Assembly (NCBI GenBank): GCA_047284725.1
Contig: JBJBEO010000001.1
Coordinates: 856,203 to 920,202, forward strand
Source of the DNA: Synechococcus sp.
GTDB lineage: Bacteria; Cyanobacteriota; Cyanobacteriia; PCC-6307; Cyanobiaceae
DNA: 64,000 bases
Direction: 5' to 3'
Shown here: one piece after another, positions 61,801 through 64,000 of the stretch
How the letters are laid out: the number at the start of each line of letters is the position of its first letter
Position numbering within the stretch: position 1 is the first letter of the stretch
Program-made: the position numbers and the translations under genes
The notes under the pieces: model-generated
The model's database searches: none
Told to the model about the DNA's origin: nothing
Seen by the model: the letters and a program-made list of their open reading frames with translations, nothing else

Positions 61801-64000
61801 AGCGGTGGTCGCGTGAACCAAGCTGAACTGTCGCAACGTGATGTCGGTGCCGGCGTCGCCAGTAATGTTGATGAAACCGGTGATGGCAGCGTTGTTCTCG
61901 ATGATCAACGCTGCCGCGGTCGCATCGATATCTACCGAACCCGTCGTAGCCGTGACGTCAGAGTCGTCGATGGTGACGCTCTGCGCGGCGGTCAGAGAAA
62001 CATCGGTCCCGGCGATCAGCACTGAGTTGTCAAGGCCCTGAGCCGGTGCATCAACGTCGTCGTTGGTGTCATCAGCGATGGTGAGGTTCATGCCAGCCAT
62101 CGCCACAATCGCGTCGGAGGCACTGACTGTTGATCGGTTCACGACCAGTACGTCATTACCGGCGGTGAGCGTTACAGCGCCACCTTGCGCCGTCACATCC
62201 GAGTCGTCAATGGTGACGTCATCGTTGGCGGTCAACACCACGAAGGTGCCTGCCGTGATGATCGAGTTGTCTTCGCGATCGACGGTTTCGCCTATGTCGT
62301 CAGCATTGTCATCCTGGATTGTGAAATTAGTGCCTGCATTAGCCGTCAACGATATTGCAGCAGTCGCGGTTGAAGTGTTGGTGATGTTGATGTTGCCGCT
62401 AGTGGCCTCTAGATCCACATCGCCCTGTGTCGCCACCACTTCGGAATTGTCGATTGTGAGGTCGGCACCCGCTGTCATAAAGACGTGAGTCGCGGCGTTC
62501 ATCACCGATGCCCGCGCGATCACGACATCGCGCCCGGCATCGATCAGAACCGAGGTGCCCGTGGTGATGTCGGTAGTGTTGTCGAATAGGACATCCTGCG
62601 TGGCTTCCGCAATAAGTGAGGAACCGGCATTGATGGTTGCGTCGATTGCCCTGATTGAACCGCTGGATCCGTCGGCGCTGTTGTAGTCGGCTTCCAGGAC
62701 GATGGCTTTTGCTGCGGTGACCTGTGTGTTGGTCTCGAGGAATAGGTCGTCGCCGGCGAACAGCGAAACATCACCGCCAGTGGACTGAATCTTGATCAAC
62801 GTCTTGACGGTGAGGTCATCACCAATCGAAGCGGATTCGTACGCGTGTACGACTATGTTGCCGCCGGCGGTAATGTTTTCGGCCACCGTGATCGGGCTCT
62901 GCGCCTCGAACAGAACGTCGCCGAATGCCTCGATACCGGTGGCGGACTGGTCGTTGTGTGAGATGGTCACCCCACCGACGTCGACCGCACCGCTGTTGTC
63001 GATGTAAACGTCGCCGCCGGTGGACTTGGCCTCAATGCGCTGCGCCTGCGTGTTGATCGACGCGCCGTTGGAGCCGATGCTGCCGACCGCGAACAGCCAT
63101 AAGTGGCCCGACAGCACGTTGGTCGACGACAGGTCGGCGTCGAAGATGCCACCCTCGGGCGAGGTGATGAAGGCGTTGTTTCCGTTAGAGTCGATCTGGT
63201 CGAGGTAGAGATGCTGTGTGCCCGAACCGGTGGCCGAACGCTCGGTGATGTAGATGTTGCCGAGCACGCCATTGCTGGTGGCTTTGAGGCTTCCGGTGCC
63301 GGAGTACGAGCTATCGATGTCGAGATCGTTGCCTAGCTGACCGATCGCTCCTGGAAGACCGGTGCCGGCGACCAGGGTGATGTGGTTACCGATGACATCG
63401 GCCTTGGTCTGTGCATCGATGCCGGTGGCGTCTGTGGAGTCCGGATCGAGCGGATTAACGAGGTCAACCGCGTCGAGGATCGACGCGTCCGCTTCGAGCC
63501 AAACGTCTCCGCCAGTCGAAAGAATGTTGCGGACGTTCATCGCCCCCGACGTTTCCGCCAGGAAGATGTCACCGCTTGCCGTGGCCGTGATGGTTCCGGA
63601 AACAGTGTCGAAGTCGAGCAGGTTGCCGGATGCGCCGATGCCATCGAGCGCCCAGAGAATGATGTTCTGGGCCTGGATGTTGGTGAAGTTGTTCTCCAGT
63701 CCATCGAGGATCGAGCCGTCGGCGGCGATCAACACCGCGTCGCCGCCTCCAGCGAACACTGTGCCCACATTCAGATCACTGGCGTCTTCGATGATGAATA
63801 CATCTGCCGCGGCACGTGCGGTGAGGATTCCGCCGCCTACCAGGTCAACGTGGATTTCCTCGCCGTCCTCTCCGATGGTGCCGCTGCCGGCCTCAAGGAT
63901 CAGGTTGTTGGCACGGAAGTTTGTATCTGTATCGCCGATATCCGCCGTCAGGATGCTGGTCCCGACCTTGACACGGACCTCATCGCCAGTGACGGTGTCG
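52804..64000 (-). CDS. giant RTX/beta-helix repeat surface protein (5' end outside window, >3,700 aa)
   Basis: The frame stays open from 63768 to the window edge (DTVTGDEVRVKVGTSIL...). It contains filamentous hemagglutinin-like repeats, many GGxGxDxI RTX nonamers, Calx-beta/Ig-like units, two lectin-like beta-sandwich units and HEIGHLIGISH. Confidence 0.95.
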   Translation of the reverse strand, partial: DTVTGDEVRVKVGTSILTADIGDTDTNFRANNLILEAGSGTIGEDGEEIHVDLVGGGILTARAAADVFIIEDASDLNVGTVFAGGGDAVLIAADGSILDGLENNFTNIQAQNIILWALDGIGASGNLLDFDTVSGTITATASGDIFLAETSGAMNVRNILSTGGDVWLEADASILDAVDLVNPLDPDSTDATGIDAQTKADVIGNHITLVAGTGLPGAIGQLGNDLDIDSSYSGTGSLKATSNGVLGNIYITERSATGSGTQHLYLDQIDSNGNNAFITSPEGGIFDADLSSTNVLSGHLWLFAVGSIGSNGASINTQAQRIEAKSTGGDVYIDNSGAVDVGGVTISHNDQSATGIEAFGDVLFEAQSPITVAENITAGGNIVVHAYESASIGDDLTVKTLIKIQSTGGDVSLFAGDDLFLETNTQVTAAKAIVLEADYNSADGSSGSIRAIDATINAGSSLIAEATQDVLFDNTTDITTGTSVLIDAGRDVVIARASVMNAATHVFMTAGADLTIDNSEVVATQGDVDLEATSGNINITNTSTATAAISLTANAGTNFTIQDDNADDIGETVDREDNSIITAGTFVVLTANDDVTIDDSDVTAQGGAVTLTAGNDVLVVNRSTVSASDAIVAMAGMNLTIADDTNDDVDAPAQGLDNSVLIAGTDVSLTAAQSVTIDDSDVTATTGSVDIDATAAALIIENNAAITGFINITGDAGTDITLRQFSLVHATTADVTLTAGDDLLVSTNSTVLAADVIPTQLATQLPIDSNGIFLRAGDNLHLAATSLINATDYIRIEGDYLDDDTGVGALIILEGKTYAQRIDILGEADDDEIEIRPEGGTTEAGIIGHTQVFGQEGEDLITVDHMTRMTTRHDRQFDDDKLVNGVPVGNKQVRDTLDIDGGAETDRVVINVTGGRTEYLINVHDTGAENDGADKLTIVGTEIGDANNADGKDYFLIREHFVAWLNPVSDDATVLNPEVERINYDGTTNGRLEILSGNADDEFYIDDTSTVMTIDAGEGDDMFQVGQVFGSVPIAVPGTAPWEEGIDLTSDSDEIRLTGITNDNWLSFGISEAAVLQGGEGQDEFNVFSNKAELRMEGESGNDLFVVRAFVADGEIEVNSGDGEDQIEYNVNAPVSINGGDGFDTVVAIGTEADDAFIITPDGIFGAGLNIRLDGVEEAVEVDGLEGDDTFFVLGTRANAVTTIIGGLGSDTFNISGDVTERVVSQDLEGRSAAINHASMSGDADYDGLLIEGVPFNVATPTLGLVVIDNIDGEIVVTEDSVDNEDSYMVGLSVADADVTDGTEVYITVSAASSSSHDRRLPKRDGGSRDAGTVLVSTDGVNFFEAVVLTFTAGVDWDSDQEVFVRAIGDDVIEGDRNVMVSHMIHSADEPYNGAKIKNAVVLVRDDDLGSVIIDETDGGTLVLEGVVGAGAITDTYDVRLAVAPEAGEIVTVNIESNAEVEFYTDATFTTTLSALTFDASTFDVKQTVFVKASDDATEENPESVRIDHLLTSSFEGTANEGDSVYVDADANELRIRVLDDDTPGILVQQSNGSTLVIEDNVVGAGTDTYTVRLLSQPDTDVTVSAFSDGQSILSLLGNIATGELTTEMVFTDTDWFQEQTVVIDQNPDFKATAGQDVERAPTLGQHRLNTIEGPVVIEGGVALGRDRSLSKAVVLPTESTTEPNVFVDDTDETTKTDTLNVYNDNSFADDSGRLHSTTLDNNPIIVLDNPTNLEGLGMGPTTTFDISIAQDGSELVTFEGGITFDDIEVTEIMLGVGNDNFQVDDTSHGTVGAAERLVTVIHGGGNSIFEVNNDLGFDGSDITRVDGTSWIDEGFEVGDTIKVTDTDDNNATYEIADINGDVITVVGALTTETIRGTLTKVVSDTGEAIVGGDSIVINKATGVLVVYGDTSQDGSRYDSVPSAPIKVEANVDLGAAGSISRNDGGSWLDDGYVVGRPVEIEGSIANDGAYEIADVTATTLTLTGGLTVEELGVDATITMVTGITSNAIAFDRTGNDIIDASAWSGISSVDTDEQDGTFEFTGGITIFGGGGDDTIFGSMDGDHIAGGSGNDEIFGQKGTDHIYGDSGFNVDLPHRDGTTLWLSVVDVDTADSRSRDDMATGSDTIHGGDDGDIIFGDHGRIDLQPGTERIRTTEQVTFITSTIPDNGAGDFIFGDAGDDLIFGGTGGDDIHGNTGNDLIFGDHGTMDLALDADAAVDRIQTFITRPDDDRIAGDEGNDIVLGGAGRDTISGNDGEDLIFGDNGRIEQTLGGVLDPASLPQATMTPPFTFTAIETETLGSSVWFPLDDLLGDADFITGDAGDDIILGQQGSDTIFGNNGDDDIIGGHNVANGQDAGDFIDGGAGNDAIAGDNATIVRRGDSLRKRFRQLQGSTIYGEDIVGGTDGKALIAGAAELDPSGDTARDIVLLDHSDTPFAGSFGDDYIAGGADDDEIFGQLGDDTIQGDSFIELDAGNVAQTTVGAYRDSDGLLVVNASIEGVDDGDDYIEGNGGSDVIFGNLGQDDIIGGSSILFGLVDPTDRPDAADLIFGGAATRINRNEYTVEDQAVDLVFEERHGRDSDAIAGDNANIYRLVDSSGAMLAFTYDQSSSSENRGSERIVVRAVDLVDYTQGGIDHDPASQESDIGAGDEIHGESGDDFIYGMVGNDVLFGDADDDDLIGGYGNDWISGGTGQDGVIGDDGRIYTSRNASTGESFFGIDAIDAGNLDLEISTPGQAQQATINVSGALKKSVNLTPFNVNPITQGFDNQLWDASDNYNDIIFGGLQADFLHGGSGDDAMSGAEALTLAYTQVDDGNGIITIQRSDWARPFNPGDALRFSSERDGEFAVYDEFDPLRKIELNVDGSLNKTTDGFEWFLNFDDKDTGAKLQQHLEYGTAFDDGADVLFGDLGNDWLVGGTGTDSIYGGWGNDVLNADDVLGTNGELNDQPETHPFWEDRAFGGAGMDVLIANTGGDRLIDWVGEYNSYLVPFAAFGLGTVSRQVTPALFDFLYDLSESQGADQTRAADTFNNPDRNGEPNGELGLTTQKDNALWQEQTGAPQDPQPGNIPGGSRDVLRGADFNNGTNERFLVDSGVFNVNQGRLEVAPATPGGDAVAVYYLDEYLPIYYEIEATINAAKPIGGSKANSYIVFDYQNPTDFKWAGVNISNDKLEMGYRDASGWHEIKQTNAKLRPNKDYSVLLSINGLTASLVIDGKDIFTHVYEPRIDDDGFQYNLNNGLIGIGSYDSKARIDDVFVKVLPPDYTYDETEDFSDGIADDFVVQKDTWTVNSQTEKYEATAIGDNVALSTIGLNIAYDSYLNIWTDLKVKSFGGVVFDYYKEDDFKFAILDEDADQVVIGHYRDSGIIHDASAAWTLNELTEYDLEVSLKGRSVSVNVNGNAVIGYNYNGIVVDGEVGLMTLGGSSIFDNFRIRTNTPNLAHQDSENILAGGTPDSRAGVTGAETNSEGLYEVDRKLLYSTFSTAIDLWDQSAQLSESQLTFLDSVDLRVDDLEGSILATAEGNTITLDFDAAGHGWFIDATPNVNEEFEEIDEGFYVAASESSAYDQMDLLTVQLHEIGHLIGISHEEKGLMEQMLEAGVRHLPEMHEENLIASVNPDADRLTESGDGSKSLPNIQPQILENTRAAAIAIWEQKRRLSAEQRRLLDTIDVQDVELETSTLTTAEVTSDRRSPDNTLKEARIKNHIPTAPEARRRLHVLGWGQELLDPLLGLFRRK

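Overview
GC-rich marine picocyanobacterial DNA; gene content and order look like Synechococcus. Positions 1 to ~46,470 are mostly core genome: cysS (partial), polA, ychF, an ABC transporter pair, hom, sufE, ruvC, chlI, cytM, petG, rsmD, hisH, trxA, the Yfr1 sRNA, guaB, gyrA, crtL, GH57, leuA, rluA, a 7TM-HD protein, folD, crtE and a RecD-like helicase. Two small patches of hypothetical genes lie at ~6.4-7.5 kb and ~16.8-18.9 kb. From ~46.6 kb the window is a genomic island with four parts. (i) A frameshifted remnant of a giant-protein C-terminus. (ii) An AT-richer, tightly coupled five-gene + strand operon: SAM-dependent methyltransferase, radical SAM enzyme, two proteins with a predicted ABBA/prenyltransferase-barrel pattern (the first fused to a DUF3467-like domain) and a P-loop kinase. 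(iii) A stand-alone DUF3467-like gene. (iv) The 3' end (>3,700 codons, running off the window) of a giant RTX/beta-helix surface protein ending in an HExxHxxGxxH metalloprotease-like module. The DUF3467-like domain shared by the enzyme operon and the giant-protein transcription unit makes this island the best candidate for an undescribed system. All family calls come from reading motifs by eye; no database searches were run.
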